A stretch of 64,000 nt of DNA from an uncultured delta proteobacterium (GCA_963724765.1 CAVRVY010000003.1:1088001-1152000); one strand, 5' to 3'. Shown: positions 10,207 through 24,635, numbered from the stretch's first letter. Notes: generated from the letters alone by a model not told the origin. Program-made: numbers and translations.

Positions 10207-10716
10207 TTAGGGCGTCGGCGCCGGCGTCGGCATGTCCGAAAGCGGGGCGGCCATCGGCAACTTGAAGTTCTCAGGCGTGAGCGGCGGCGGGGGCGGCGTG
10301 CGAGTCTGCTGGACGACGTTGGAGGGGTCGCTCTGGTAGCCGTCGGAGGTTTCAGCGATCATCGAATAGCGATAGTTATGGCCCATCTGGGCGGTGGTGT
10401 CGATGTAGGCGAAGCGGCGCACCTTCTGAAAGCGCTCCTGGTCGGTTACCGGCAGCTCGGCGATATCGGTAGGAGACGCGTCGCCCTCCGAGCGCAGCAG
10501 GCGGAAGCCCGCCAGGTCTTTCAACGACGCGCCGCCGCTGTATTTCAGCGGCCGACTCCAGGTCAGCCGGATACCTTTGGGGTCCGACACGGCCGTGAGA
10601 TCATTGACCCGATCCGGATGAGTCAGCTCGGGCGCAACCGGACGGCTCTTCGCGCCGCATCCGGGCGCCATCGCAATCGCCATTACCGCCGCCGCCAAAA
10701 TCCACCACCGCTTCAT
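10207..10716 (-). CDS. Lipoprotein with fibronectin-III-like domain
   Basis: Lipobox-like MAPG-C, CGAKSRP.AP start, LTWSRP...Y.D...Y.Y beta pattern; ATGA overlap with argH. Confidence 0.75.
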   Translation of the reverse strand: MKRWWILAAAVMAIAMAPGCGAKSRPVAPELTHPDRVNDLTAVSDPKGIRLTWSRPLKYSGGASLKDLAGFRLLRSEGDASPTDIAELPVTDQERFQKVRRFAYIDTTAQMGHNYRYSMIAETSDGYQSDPSNVVQQTRTPPPPPLTPENFKLPMAAPLSDMPTPAPTP

Positions 10717-12170
10717 CGACTTTCGAGCCTCCTCAAGTAACGCCGCATCGTCTCCGCCGCAGGTCCGCCAGGCAGATTTCGCGCGCGCACCGAGCCTTCG
10801 GCGCTCAAGCCGCGCAGGGCGTCGCGGCCGAAGGCGCCGCTATGGCGCCGCAGGTCGGCGAGCGTGAAGTCTTCGAGCGAGCGCCCGGCGGCGGACGCCT
10901 CGCGCACCAGCGCGCCGACGATCTCGTGTGCGCGCCGAAAGGCGACGCCGTGGCGCACCAAGTACTCGGCAAGGTCGGTCGCCAGCGCGAAGCCGCCGGC
11001 CGCCGCCCGCATCGCCGCCGCGTCGAACCGAAGCCGCGGCCACAGCATCGCGAGCAGCCGCAGCGCCGGCTTCAATGTATCGAGCGCGTCGAAGGTGCGC
11101 TCCTTGTCTTCCTGGAGGTCGGAATTATACGCGAGCGGCAGCCCCTTGAGCACCGTGAGCATCGCCACCAGATCGCCGATCATCCGCCCGCTTTTGGCGC
11201 GAATCAGCTCGAGCAGGTCGGGATTCTTCTTGTGCGGCATCATCGAGCTGCCGGTGGAAAATTCGTCGGGCAGTGCGACGAAGCCGAACTCGGCGCTGCT
11301 CCACAGGATGATCTCCTCGGCCATCCGCGACAGATGCACGGCCGAGAGCGCGGCGGCGGCGAGAAAGTCGACTACGAAGTCGCGGTCCGAAACCGCGTCG
11401 AGGCTGTTCTCGCTGATCCGCTTGAAGCCCAGCTCGCGCGCGACCGCATAGCGATCGATCGGCAGCGTCGTGCCCGCCAACGCCCCCGCTCCCAGCGGCA
11501 TCACTGCCGTGCGCTCCAGCGCCTGGGCGAAGCGCTCGCGGTCGCGCGAGAGCATCTCGATATAGGCGGCCAGGTGATGGGCCAGCGTGATCGGTTGTGC
11601 GCGCTGGAGATGCGTGTAGCCGGGCATCACGGTGTCGAGATGGCGATGGGCGAGCGCGACCAGGGTGCGGCGCAGTTCGCCGACGAGCGCGCTCACCTCG
11701 GCCAGCTCGTCGCGCAGGTAGAGCCGCAGGTCGAGCGCGACCTGGTCGTTGCGCGAGCGCGCGGTGTGCAGTTTGCGCCCGGGCGCGCCGATGCGCTCGG
11801 TCAGGCGGCGCTCGATCGCCAGATGGATGTCCTCGTCGGCAAGCTCGAATCGGAAACGGCCGGCTGCGATCTCGCGCTCGACCGCGCGCAGGCCGGCGAC
11901 GATTTTCGCGCCCTCGGCACGCCGCAGCAGGCCCGTCCGCGCAAGCATCCGCGCATGCGCGATCGAGCCGCGGATATCATGGCGATAGAGTCGGCGGTCG
12001 AACGGCAGCGAGGCGGTGAAGGCTTCCACCTCGGGCAGACGCGCGCGCGCAAAGCGGCCGCGAATCAGGCCGCCGGAGCTGGAAGCGTCGGGGCGTGCGC
12101 GCGCCGCCTTCGTGGCGGCGACGGAGGATGCCTTAACGGCGGCGGTGCTTCGGCGGCGGGTTTTTCTCAC
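10713..12170 (-). CDS. argH: Argininosuccinate lyase
   Basis: HTARSRNDQV, PGYTHLQ, GSSMMPHKKNPD, YNSDLQEDK. Confidence 0.96.
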   Translation of the reverse strand: MRKTRRRSTAAVKASSVAATKAARARPDASSSGGLIRGRFARARLPEVEAFTASLPFDRRLYRHDIRGSIAHARMLARTGLLRRAEGAKIVAGLRAVEREIAAGRFRFELADEDIHLAIERRLTERIGAPGRKLHTARSRNDQVALDLRLYLRDELAEVSALVGELRRTLVALAHRHLDTVMPGYTHLQRAQPITLAHHLAAYIEMLSRDRERFAQALERTAVMPLGAGALAGTTLPIDRYAVARELGFKRISENSLDAVSDRDFVVDFLAAAALSAVHLSRMAEEIILWSSAEFGFVALPDEFSTGSSMMPHKKNPDLLELIRAKSGRMIGDLVAMLTVLKGLPLAYNSDLQEDKERTFDALDTLKPALRLLAMLWPRLRFDAAAMRAAAGGFALATDLAEYLVRHGVAFRRAHEIVGALVREASAAGRSLEDFTLADLRRHSGAFGRDALRGLSAEGSVRARNLPGGPAAETMRRYLRRLESR

Positions 12171-12249
12171 TGGGGGGGACTCGAAGGATTCTCGAAGGAG
12201 ACTCGAAATTGCCGAAAAGATCGGAGCTGCACAAGAGCGGCGCCGCGCG

Positions 12250-12423
12250 TCAGCGCGGGGCGGCGATGCGGCAGAAGCATCCGCGCGCCGCGCAACTGGT
12301 CACGCCGTTGGGATGCGTGATGTGAACGTCCATCTTGTGATTGCACTTGGGGCATTTCTGCCCTGGACGCGGCACCAGCCGCGGCGTCGGACGCGAGGGC
12401 CTGAACTGGATCACTTTGCCCAT
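12250..12423 (-). CDS. 57-aa Cys/His-rich microprotein
   Basis: MGKVIQF...CPKCNHKMDVH..H....C....CFC; starts 14 nt after the argG stop on the same strand. Confidence 0.6.
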   Translation of the reverse strand: MGKVIQFRPSRPTPRLVPRPGQKCPKCNHKMDVHITHPNGVTSCAARGCFCRIAAPR

Positions 12424-12437
12424 GGCGGCGCGCTCGG

Positions 12438-13673
<1,236 letters not shown>

Positions 13674-13704
13674 GCCGCCATCTTAAGGCATTCGCGCTCG
13701 CGCC

Positions 13705-14720
<1,016 letters not shown>

Positions 14721-14724
<4 letters not shown>

Positions 14725-15947
14725 CGCGTAGCGGCTGGTTTGGCGGCTGATGCGGCCGCCGGCGCGGCGGAGAGCGCGCGCTCGATTATCTTGAGCCCGG
14801 CGTCGGCTTCGTCGCGCGTCAGCGTGAGCGGCGGCAGCAGCCGCAGCACGTTCTCAGCCGTGGCGTTGACCAGCAGGCGTTCGCGCAGGCAGGCGTCGGC
14901 GGCGCTCTTGGCCTCGCCGTGCAGCACGATACCGATCATCATGCCCAGTCCGCGCACCTCGGCCACCCGCGCGCAGCCCTTGGCGAACGTGCGCAGCCGC
15001 TCGATCAGGTAGCCGCCGACGCTGGTCGCGTTCTCCATCGCGCCGTCCTGCTCGAGCGCGTCGAGCACGCCCAGCGCCGCGGCGCAGGAAACCGGGTTGC
15101 CGCCGAAGGTCGAGCCGTGACTGCCCGGCGTGAGGCTCTGGGCAATTTCGCTTTTGGCGATCATCGCGCCGATCGGCAGTCCGCCCCCGAGCGCCTTGGC
15201 AAGCGTCATGATGTCCGGCTTGACCCCGGCGTGCTGCCAGGCGAAGAGCTTGCCCGTGCGCCCCATCCCGGTCTGCACCTCGTCGAAGATGAGCAGGATT
15301 TTGCGCCGGTCACAGAGATCGCGCACGCGCTTGAGATAGTCGACGCGCGGCGTGACCACGCCGCCTTCGCCCTGGATCGGCTCGAGCATAATCGCGATCG
15401 TTTCGTCGTGGACCGCCTTGTCCAACGCTTCGACGTCGTCGTAGGGGACCATGCGGAAGCCCGGCACCAGCGGCTGGAAGCCGATGTGATATTTCTCCTG
15501 GCCGGTCGCGCTCAGCGTGCCGAAGGTGCGGCCATGGAACGAGCCGAGCGTGGAAACGACCTCGAAGCGGCCGGCGCCGCGGTCGTGGCCCCAGCGCCGC
15601 GCCAGCTTGAGCGCGGCCTCGTTGGCTTCGGCGCCCGAGTTGCAGAAGAACACTCGTCCGTCGCCGAAATGGCCGCACAGCCGAGCGGCCAGCCGCGCCA
15701 TCGGCTCGGTATGAAAGACATTGGAGACGTGCGTCAGCTTCTCAGCCTGTTCCTTGATCGCGCGTACGACGCGAGGATTGCCGTGCCCCAGCGAAGTCAC
15801 GGCGAGGCCGCAAAAGAAATCCAGGTAGCGGTTGCCGTCGGCGTCATAGAGATAGGCGCCGGTGCCGCGCACGAACGCCAGTGGCACGCAGCCGTAAGTG
15901 TTGATGAGATTTTGATGGGCGAGGTCGACGATTTCAGCGTTGTTCAT
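14721..15947 (-). CDS. argD: Acetylornithine aminotransferase
   Basis: NSGAEANE, FHGRT, DEVQTGMGRTG, AKALGGG, HGSTFGGNP; arg operon context. Confidence 0.93.
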
Positions 15948-16071
15948 CCTGGATTCCCCTGAATTCCCGGCAACCTGGCCGCGCCGCGCCTGGAGCGGCC
16001 GCGACTTCGATAGCCGGGTCATCTAAGCTGTATGCCACAGGACGGCGCGGAATGCTCGCCGCTGGGGCGTC

Positions 16072-16953
16072 CTAGCTGCTTGCCACGACCTCGGTGCCCA
16101 CGCCCGCTTCGGTGAAAATCTCGAGCAGGATTGCGTGGCGCGTACGTCCGTCGACCACGTGAGTCTTGCCGACGCCGCCCTTGAGCGCCGCGATACAGCA
16201 CTCCACCTTCGGAATCATCCCGTTGCTGATCGCGCCCGCCGCGATCAGTTTCTGTGCCTCGGCCACGGTCAGCGTCGGGATGAGCTTGCCGTCCTTGCCC
16301 TTCACGCCCTCAACGTCGGTCAGCAAAATGAGCTTTTCGGCGCCCAGCGCGGCGGCGAGGTCGCCTGCGGCGACGTCGGCGTTGACGTTGTAGGTCAGGC
16401 CGTCGCGGCCGTGGCCGACCGGCGCGATGACCGGGATGAAGCCGGCGGTCTCGAGCGTGCGCAGCACCTGCGGATTTACCTCGGCGACTTCGCCCACCAG
16501 TCCGATATCGACCTTGGAAGGCACGCCGGCTTCGTCGTTGAGCGTCATTTCGAGCTTGCGCGCGATGATCAGGTCCGCGTCCTTGCCCGAGAGCCCCACC
16601 GCGCGGCAGCCGTGGCGCGAAAGGAGCGCGACGATGTCCTTGTTGAGCCGCTGCAGCACCATCTCGACCGCTTCCATCGTCGGCGCGTCGGTCACCCGCA
16701 TCCCGCGCACGAAACTTGACTTCAGCCCCAGCCGCTCGATGAGCTGGTTGATTTGCGGACCGCCGCCGTGCACCACCACCGGATTCATCCCGACCGCCTT
16801 CAGCAACACCACGTCTTCGGCGAAGCTCTCTCGCAGATCGGCCGCTTCCATCGCGTGGCCGCCGTATTTTATTACGAAGGTCTTGCCGCGAAAGCGCTGG
16901 ATGTAGGGCAGCGCCTCGACCAATACTGACGCGATGGTGTTCGGATCCTGCAC
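16072..16953 (-). CDS. argB: Acetylglutamate kinase
   Basis: [34 protein letters not shown]; GTG start at 16953 inferred. Confidence 0.94.
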   Translation of the reverse strand: MQDPNTIASVLVEALPYIQRFRGKTFVIKYGGHAMEAADLRESFAEDVVLLKAVGMNPVVVHGGGPQINQLIERLGLKSSFVRGMRVTDAPTMEAVEMVLQRLNKDIVALLSRHGCRAVGLSGKDADLIIARKLEMTLNDEAGVPSKVDIGLVGEVAEVNPQVLRTLETAGFIPVIAPVGHGRDGLTYNVNADVAAGDLAAALGAEKLILLTDVEGVKGKDGKLIPTLTVAEAQKLIAAGAISNGMIPKVECCIAALKGGVGKTHVVDGRTRHAILLEIFTEAGVGTEVVASS

Positions 16954-17068
16954 CGTCTCTCTCTCCGCCGCCGGGACAGCCGGCGCACGCGGCCGCCCTC
17001 CTGGGCGCCGCATCGTCACGCGGCCTGCGCCTTCGCCGGGCCGTATCCTAACAGGGCTAACAGGGTCG

Positions 17069-18433
<1,365 letters not shown>

Positions 18434-18507
18434 TGCTCCTTCAACAAGGACGCCGCCTTCTCCACGCGCCCCTGTCGCGACGGGCGTGCGCCGGCGGCGC
18501 CGGCTCT

Positions 18508-19056
18508 CTACAATTCTTCAATTATAAACCGATCGTTGGTGTATACGCAGATCTCCGCGGCCACCTGCATCGCGCTCTCCGCGATCTGGCGCGCGCTCAT
18601 CGCCGGGGCATGACGCACCAGCGCCCGCGCCGCCGCCAGCGCGTAGTTGCCGCCCGACCCGATCGCCAGGATTCCGTCGTCCGGCTCGATCACGTCGCCC
18701 AGCCCCGAAATCAAAAGCGAACTTTCGCGGTCGGCCACGATCAGCATCGCTTCCAGCCGCCGCAGCACACGGTCGGTGCGCCAATCCTTGGCCATTTCGA
18801 CGGCAGCCCGGCGCAGGTTGCCGTTGAACTCCTGCAGCTTGTGCTCGAATTTCTCGAACAGCGTCAGCGCGTCGGCGGTCGAGCCGGCGAAGCCCGACAG
18901 CACTTTGTCGTCGTGCAGCCGGCGCACCTTGCGCGCTCCGTGCTTCATGATCGTCTGGCCGACGCTGACCTGGCCGTCGCCCGCGACCACCACGTGGCCG
19001 GCGTTGCGCACGCACAGGATCGTCGTCCCGCGGATGACGGTGTCGGACTCAGGCAC
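18508..19056 (-). CDS. hslV: ATP-dependent protease peptidase subunit HslV
   Basis: Mature [30 protein letters not shown]; GTG start overlaps the xerC end. Confidence 0.96.
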   Translation of the reverse strand: MPESDTVIRGTTILCVRNAGHVVVAGDGQVSVGQTIMKHGARKVRRLHDDKVLSGFAGSTADALTLFEKFEHKLQEFNGNLRRAAVEMAKDWRTDRVLRRLEAMLIVADRESSLLISGLGDVIEPDDGILAIGSGGNYALAAARALVRHAPAMSARQIAESAMQVAAEICVYTNDRFIIEEL

Positions 19057-19951
19057 GCGGATGGGCACGGCGATAGACCTCTTTGAGACGGTTGACGCTA
19101 ACGTGAGTGTAGCGCTGCGTGGTGGCGAGGCTCGCATGGCCGAGCATCTCCTGAATCGAGCGCAGGTCGGCGCCGGCGTTGAGCATGTGCGTCGCGAAGC
19201 AGTGGCGCAGCCCATGCGGCGTGATCGACGTTGCCAGTCCCGCCTGCACGATACGCCGGGCCAGGATGTTTTCGACCGCGCGCGTCGTCAGCCGTCCGCC
19301 GCGCAGGTTGGTGATCACCGGGCCGTCGAGTTCCCAGGCTTTCGGCATCGCGCGCCGCCACGTTTTAAGCGCGTCGAGCGCCGGTTCGCCAATCGGCACC
19401 ATGCGATCCTTGTTGCCCTTGCCCGAGCGCACCAGCACCATCCCGACCTCGTCGTCGACGTCGCGCCAGTCAAGGCCGACCAGCTCGCTCACGCGCAGGC
19501 CCGAGGAGTAGAGCGTTTCGAGAATCGCGCGGTCGCGCAAAGCGGCCGGGGAGGGGTCTTCGCTCTCGGCCTCAATCAGCCGGCGCACGTCGTCCTCGGG
19601 CAGGATCGCGGGCAGGCGGCGCTGGATGCGCGGCGAGCGCAACGCGCGCGCCGGGCTCGCCGAATTCGCCATCGTTTCGCGCCAGCGGAAAAAAGCCTTG
19701 ATCGCGAACAGGCGGCGCTGGACGGTGGCGCGGCTGAGCATTTTCATCGCTTCGGAAAGATAGCCGCGGATATGATCGGTGGTAATCGCCTCGGGGTCGA
19801 CTTCCTCGCCTGCTGAGGCGAGCGCGGCCCCGCGTTCGAGCAGGAAACGGCGAAAATCGCACAAGTCCCGGCGATAGTTCGATACCGTATTGTCGGCCGC
19901 GCGCGAGGCTTTGCCCAACGCCGCCGCGAATGCCTCTATTTCCGCCTGCAT
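19049..19951 (-). CDS. xerC: Tyrosine recombinase XerC
   Basis: GLRVSEL, GKGNK, HGLRH, LGH, TQRY catalytic set; xerC-hslVU synteny. Confidence 0.9.
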   Translation of the reverse strand: MQAEIEAFAAALGKASRAADNTVSNYRRDLCDFRRFLLERGAALASAGEEVDPEAITTDHIRGYLSEAMKMLSRATVQRRLFAIKAFFRWRETMANSASPARALRSPRIQRRLPAILPEDDVRRLIEAESEDPSPAALRDRAILETLYSSGLRVSELVGLDWRDVDDEVGMVLVRSGKGNKDRMVPIGEPALDALKTWRRAMPKAWELDGPVITNLRGGRLTTRAVENILARRIVQAGLATSITPHGLRHCFATHMLNAGADLRSIQEMLGHASLATTQRYTHVSVNRLKEVYRRAHPRA

Positions 19952-20084
19952 CGACTCGGGTCTAATCCAAACGCTATGCTATCAAGCAGGCGCAACGCGC
20001 AAAAGGTATACGCAAAAGCATACGTGAGCATGCGGGCGCCGCGCGCCAACGGGAGCGCAGGTCCTTACTAATGAACTGCTGGCG

Positions 20085-20396
20085 ATGAACTGCTGGAAGT
20101 GCGGCCATCGGGTCGAGATGATCGAGCGCGTCGGGTTCCACGCGCATTGTCCGCAATGCTATCGGCCGCTGCACGTATGCCGCAATTGCTCGCTTTACGA
20201 TCCGGCCTGTAACAATCAGTGCCGCGAGACGATGGCGGAGCGAGTGGTGGACAAGGATCGTTCGAATTTCTGCGAGTACTTCGCGCCCAACACTGACACT
20301 GCCGTGACGCCGTCTCAGCCCGAGCAGCCTCGGCCGTCTTCGGAACGCGACGCGCGGGCGCGACTCGACGCGCTGTTCAAGAAGAAAAAACCATGA
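20085..20396 (+). CDS. Cys-rich hypothetical protein
   Basis: CWKC, CPQC, CRNC, CNNQC, NFCEYF; ATGA coupling to glmU. Confidence 0.75.
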   Translation: MNCWKCGHRVEMIERVGFHAHCPQCYRPLHVCRNCSLYDPACNNQCRETMAERVVDKDRSNFCEYFAPNTDTAVTPSQPEQPRPSSERDARARLDALFKKKKP

Positions 20397-21820
20397 CGAC
20401 GGCGCCGGGAGCGATCGTCCTGGCCGCCGGACTTGGCACCCGGATGCGTTCGGCGCGCGCCAAGGTGCTGCGCGAGCTTGGCGGTGAGCCGATGATCGCG
20501 CGCGTGATGCGCTCGCTCATCCCGCTTGCGCCCGCGCCGCTGGTCGTGGTCGTTGGCCATCAGGGCGACGAGGTTGCGGCGGCCGCGCGCGCCGCCGTGC
20601 CGAACGTGAGCGTCGAGGCCGCGCGTCAGCCCGCGCAGCACGGCACGGGCGACGCGGCGCGATGCGGCCTGGAGGCTTTCACGCCGGGCTTTGATGGCGA
20701 CGTGCTGATCCTTTATGGCGACATGCCGATGGTCCGGCCGGCGACGCTGCTGGCGTTCATCGCCGAGCATCGCCGCGTGGGCGCAGATGTATCGTTCATC
20801 AGCGCGATGCTGGACGACGCTGGCGCATATGGCCGCGTAGTTCGCGACCGCCCCGGCGCGGTGACGGCGATCGTGGAGGCGCGCGACGCGTCGCCCGCCG
20901 AGCTTGCGATCCGCGAGATTAACACCGGCGTCTATCTCGCTCGCGCGGCCGTGTTGCGCGCAGCGCTCGCAGAGTTGCGCCCTAACAATGCGCAGGGCGA
21001 GTACTACCTTACCGACCTGGTGGCGATCGCGCGGCGCGGCGGCCTTACCGTGCAGGCCTGGTGCGCGCCCGAGGCGGCCGAGTTCGCCGGAATAAATTCA
21101 CTCAAGGAGCTGGCAGATATGGAAGCCGAGATCAGGGCGGTGGTTAACCGCAAGTTGCTGGAGGCGGGGGTGACGATCGTCGATCCGGCGACCGCGTATA
21201 TCGGCGAGCAGGTCGAAATCGGGCGCGACTCGGTAATCGGCCCCAACGTGCAGATTCTCGGCCGCAGCAAAGTCGGCGAGGGCGTGCGAATCGAGGGCAC
21301 GGCGTATCTGCGCGAGGTCGAAATCGGCGACGGATGCCATCTGAAGCTTGGCGTGCGCGCCGAGGAATGCCGCATCGGGCCGCATTGCGAAATCGGCCCT
21401 TTCGCCAATTTGCGCACTGGCACCGAGCTCGAAGGCCATAACCGCATCGGCAATTTCGTCGAGACCAAGAAGGCGCGGCTCGGAGAGGGCACCAAGGCGA
21501 GCCATCTGAGCTACCTGGGCGACACCGTGATCGGCCGCGAGACCAACATCGGATGCGGCGTGATCACGGTCAACTACGACGGCTACGACAAGCATCTCAC
21601 GCGGATCGGCAGCCGCTGCATGATCGGATGCGACACGCAGTTGGTTGCGCCGGTCAAGGTCGGCGACGACGTCTACGTCGCCTCGGGCACCACGATTTTG
21701 CGCGAGGTCCCCGACGGCGCGCTTTGCGTTTCGCATCATCCGCAGAAGATCAAGCACGGATGGACGGCCGAGTGGCGCCGCCGCCACGGCGATCGCGCCG
21801 AGGCGAAGGGCTCGGATTAG
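20393..21820 (+). CDS. glmU: Bifunctional UDP-GlcNAc pyrophosphorylase / GlcN-1-P N-acetyltransferase
   Basis: LAAGLGTRM, EINTG, EYYLTD, hexapeptide repeats, GNFVETK, HLSYLGD, NYDG. Confidence 0.96.
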   Translation: MTTAPGAIVLAAGLGTRMRSARAKVLRELGGEPMIARVMRSLIPLAPAPLVVVVGHQGDEVAAAARAAVPNVSVEAARQPAQHGTGDAARCGLEAFTPGFDGDVLILYGDMPMVRPATLLAFIAEHRRVGADVSFISAMLDDAGAYGRVVRDRPGAVTAIVEARDASPAELAIREINTGVYLARAAVLRAALAELRPNNAQGEYYLTDLVAIARRGGLTVQAWCAPEAAEFAGINSLKELADMEAEIRAVVNRKLLEAGVTIVDPATAYIGEQVEIGRDSVIGPNVQILGRSKVGEGVRIEGTAYLREVEIGDGCHLKLGVRAEECRIGPHCEIGPFANLRTGTELEGHNRIGNFVETKKARLGEGTKASHLSYLGDTVIGRETNIGCGVITVNYDGYDKHLTRIGSRCMIGCDTQLVAPVKVGDDVYVASGTTILREVPDGALCVSHHPQKIKHGWTAEWRRRHGDRAEAKGSD

Positions 21821-21878
21821 CGCTGGCGTCGCGCTGCCCGGACCGGCAAACTTAAAGGCTGGGAAAGGTTGAACCTGC

Positions 21879-23711
21879 ATGTGCGGAATAATCGGATACG
21901 TGGGCCCCTCCGAGGCGGTGCCCATACTGCTCGGCGCGCTTGCGCGGCTGGAGTATCGCGGCTACGACTCGGCTGGTGTGGCGACGATCAACGGCGCCGG
22001 GATGGAAATCCGCCGCGCGGTCGGCAAGCTGGAGAACCTGCGCCGCGCGCTCGAGGGCGCGCCGCTTAAGGGATCGATCGGAATCGGGCATACGCGATGG
22101 GCGACGCATGGCCGCCCCTCGGAGGGCAACGCCCATCCGCACAAGGCCGGTCCGGTCGCGGTAATTCACAATGGCATCGTCGAGAACTACGTCGAACTGC
22201 GCGCCGCGCTGACCGGGCGCGGTCATAAGCTGAGCTCCGAGACCGACACCGAACTCATCTCGCATCTCATCGAGGAGCGGGTGCGCGCCGGCCTGGGGCT
22301 GACCGAGGCGGTGCGCCAAACGGTGCTCGAATTGCGCGGATCGTTCTCGATCGTCGTGCTCTCCGAAACCGAGCCCGACAAGTTGGTCGCCGCCAAGACC
22401 GCGACGCCGCTGGTGCTCGGGCTGGGCGAGAACGAGAACTTCGTCGCCTCTGACATCCCGGCGATCCTCGGCCATACCCGCCGCACCATCGTGCTCGAGG
22501 ACGGCGAGCTGGCCGAGCTCACCGCGCATGGCGTGCGCCTGATGACTTTCGACGGCGCGCCGATCGAACGCGCTCCGCGGCTCATCGAATGGGACTCGGT
22601 GGCCGCGACCAAGGGCGGCTTCCAGCATTACCTGCGCAAGGAGATCGCCGAGCAGCCGCAGGCCTGGATCGACACGTTGAGCGGGCGCGCGGCGGCCGGC
22701 TCCAACGCGGTACGCTTCGAGGGTGAGCTGTTGCCGGCGGCCGGGCCGCAGGCGATCGGGCGAATCGTGATGGTCAGCGCGGGCGCCTCATGGATCGCCT
22801 CGCTCATCGGTAAATTCATGATCGAAGAGCTGTGCGGCGTGCCGGCCGAAGTCGATTACTCGGCCGAGTTCCGCTATCGCCAGCCGCCGATCGACGCGCG
22901 CACCATGATGATCGCGGTGTCGCAGTCGGGCGAGACCGCCGACACCCTGGCCGCGTTGGAAGAAGGGCGCCGGCGCGGATGCCATCTGCTCGCCATCACC
23001 AACACCGTCGATTCCTCGATCGCGCGCAAGGCCGACGCGCAGCTCTACACTCGCTGCGGCCCCGAAATAAGCGTCACCACAACCAAGTGCTTCCTGACCC
23101 AGATCGAGGCGTTCTACCTGTTCGCGATCCATCTCGCCGCGCGCCTGGGCAGGCTCAGCGAGCGCGAAGTCAACGCGATGCTTGCGCCGGCCCTCGCGAT
23201 CCCGGCGCAAATCAAGGAAGTGCTGGAGAAGCGCGAGCGCCAGATCGAGCGCGTGGCGCGCAAGTACGGCAAGGCCCGCGATTTCTTATATCTCGGCCGC
23301 GGCATCAACTACCCGGTCGCGCTGGAGGGCGCGCTCAAGCTCAAGGAGATTTCCTACATCCATGCGGAGGGCTACTCGGCGGGCGAGATGAAGCATGGGC
23401 CGATCGCGCTCATCGACGACGAGATGCCGGTGGTGGTGATCATCCCGTTCGACAACGTGTATGAAAAGACGCTGTCGAACCTGCGCGAGGTCGAATCGCG
23501 CAACGGCCGCATCATCGCCGTGACCGACCATCCCACGCCCGAGCTTGAAGAGGTCGCGTGGGAGATAATCGAGGTTCCGACGACGCATCGGATGCTGATG
23601 CCGGTGCTGACGACGGTGCCGTTGCAGTTGCTCGCCTACCATATTGCGGTCTATCGCGGCACCGACGTCGACCAGCCGCGCAATCTGGCCAAGTCGGTGA
23701 CGGTCGAATAG
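21879..23711 (+). CDS. glmS: Glutamine--fructose-6-phosphate aminotransferase
   Basis: MCGI N-terminal nucleophile, GHTRWATHG, SQSGETADT, EGALKLKE, PRNLAKSVTVE. Confidence 0.95.
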   Translation: MCGIIGYVGPSEAVPILLGALARLEYRGYDSAGVATINGAGMEIRRAVGKLENLRRALEGAPLKGSIGIGHTRWATHGRPSEGNAHPHKAGPVAVIHNGIVENYVELRAALTGRGHKLSSETDTELISHLIEERVRAGLGLTEAVRQTVLELRGSFSIVVLSETEPDKLVAAKTATPLVLGLGENENFVASDIPAILGHTRRTIVLEDGELAELTAHGVRLMTFDGAPIERAPRLIEWDSVAATKGGFQHYLRKEIAEQPQAWIDTLSGRAAAGSNAVRFEGELLPAAGPQAIGRIVMVSAGASWIASLIGKFMIEELCGVPAEVDYSAEFRYRQPPIDARTMMIAVSQSGETADTLAALEEGRRRGCHLLAITNTVDSSIARKADAQLYTRCGPEISVTTTKCFLTQIEAFYLFAIHLAARLGRLSEREVNAMLAPALAIPAQIKEVLEKRERQIERVARKYGKARDFLYLGRGINYPVALEGALKLKEISYIHAEGYSAGEMKHGPIALIDDEMPVVVIIPFDNVYEKTLSNLREVESRNGRIIAVTDHPTPELEEVAWEIIEVPTTHRMLMPVLTTVPLQLLAYHIAVYRGTDVDQPRNLAKSVTVE

Positions 23712-23801
23712 CCGCGCGCGGCGCGGGCTTGGTTCTCAGAGGGCAAAGATCGATCGCCGACGAAAGAAGTTTTACTCGTCGAAACTCGAAATTTACCAAA
23801 G

Positions 23802-24635
23802 CTAGTGCTTGGAGATCGGATACTGCGCGGCGGCACCGTCGATCGCGAGCGAATTTTCGTCCTGAATAAATGCCGCTACGCCGAGATGGTCAAGCTTCCA
23901 TGACGGATCGAGCTCGACGCTGAGTTCGTTCTCCAGCGCGGAACCGGCCGTCGGATTCAGTTCGAACGCGGGCACTATCTTTCTCACCGTGTAGTCGTAC
24001 CTGACCCGGTGGCCGCTGTTTTCGCCGCCGTCGATCTTGGCCATCAGTCCGTTCTCGTAGATTGCAACCACCACGATCAGCGACTTGTCTCCCGCCGTGC
24101 GCAAGATGTGCGCGCTGACGCTGAGGTTGAGCTTGTGCGAGCCCGCGGCCGGCGGCGTCGCGCGCACTGTGACCACGCCCGGCGGCGGCGTCGCACGGGC
24201 GGCCGCGATCGCGCGCGTGATACCGTTGGGGTCAGAGCCGACGCATTGCCATCTGCCGTTGATCACGATTTGCGGCGTATACGAACCGCTCAGTTGCATC
24301 GCGCGAATGTACTCGACCTGGCGCATGGTCCATTGGCTCGACGAAAACGGGTCCGACCATCCCAGGCTATCCCAATAATCGACGTGGTAGGCGAGCGGTA
24401 TCACGCCGGTGGTTAACGCGCCGATTCTGCTCAGCAGTTCGTCGGCGGGCGGGCAGCTTGAACATCCTTCGGACGTGAACAGCTCCAGCACCACCGGACG
24501 GTCCTCGGATGCCGCACTGCTTTGCGCGAATGCCACGCGCTGCCCCAGGAAAGGGGTTCCGGCCGCCGCCGCGAGCGTGATGGCGCCAATCACGGCGATC
24601 AAGCTCAACTGCGCGGATGCGGATTCACTCCTCAT
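23802..24635 (-). CDS. DUF1223-type exported thioredoxin-fold protein
   Basis: Signal peptide; VLELFTSEGCSSCPPAD, HVDYWD.LGW.DPF, YTPQ. Confidence 0.85.
   Translation of the reverse strand: MRSESASAQLSLIAVIGAITLAAAAGTPFLGQRVAFAQSSAASEDRPVVLELFTSEGCSSCPPADELLSRIGALTTGVIPLAYHVDYWDSLGWSDPFSSSQWTMRQVEYIRAMQLSGSYTPQIVINGRWQCVGSDPNGITRAIAAARATPPPGVVTVRATPPAAGSHKLNLSVSAHILRTAGDKSLIVVVAIYENGLMAKIDGGENSGHRVRYDYTVRKIVPAFELNPTAGSALENELSVELDPSWKLDHLGVAAFIQDENSLAIDGAAAQYPISKH

Noticed and set aside
19049-19951. Tyrosine recombinase as a phage or island integrase
   Set aside because: XerC length and motifs, conserved xerC-hslVU context, no att sites or cargo.
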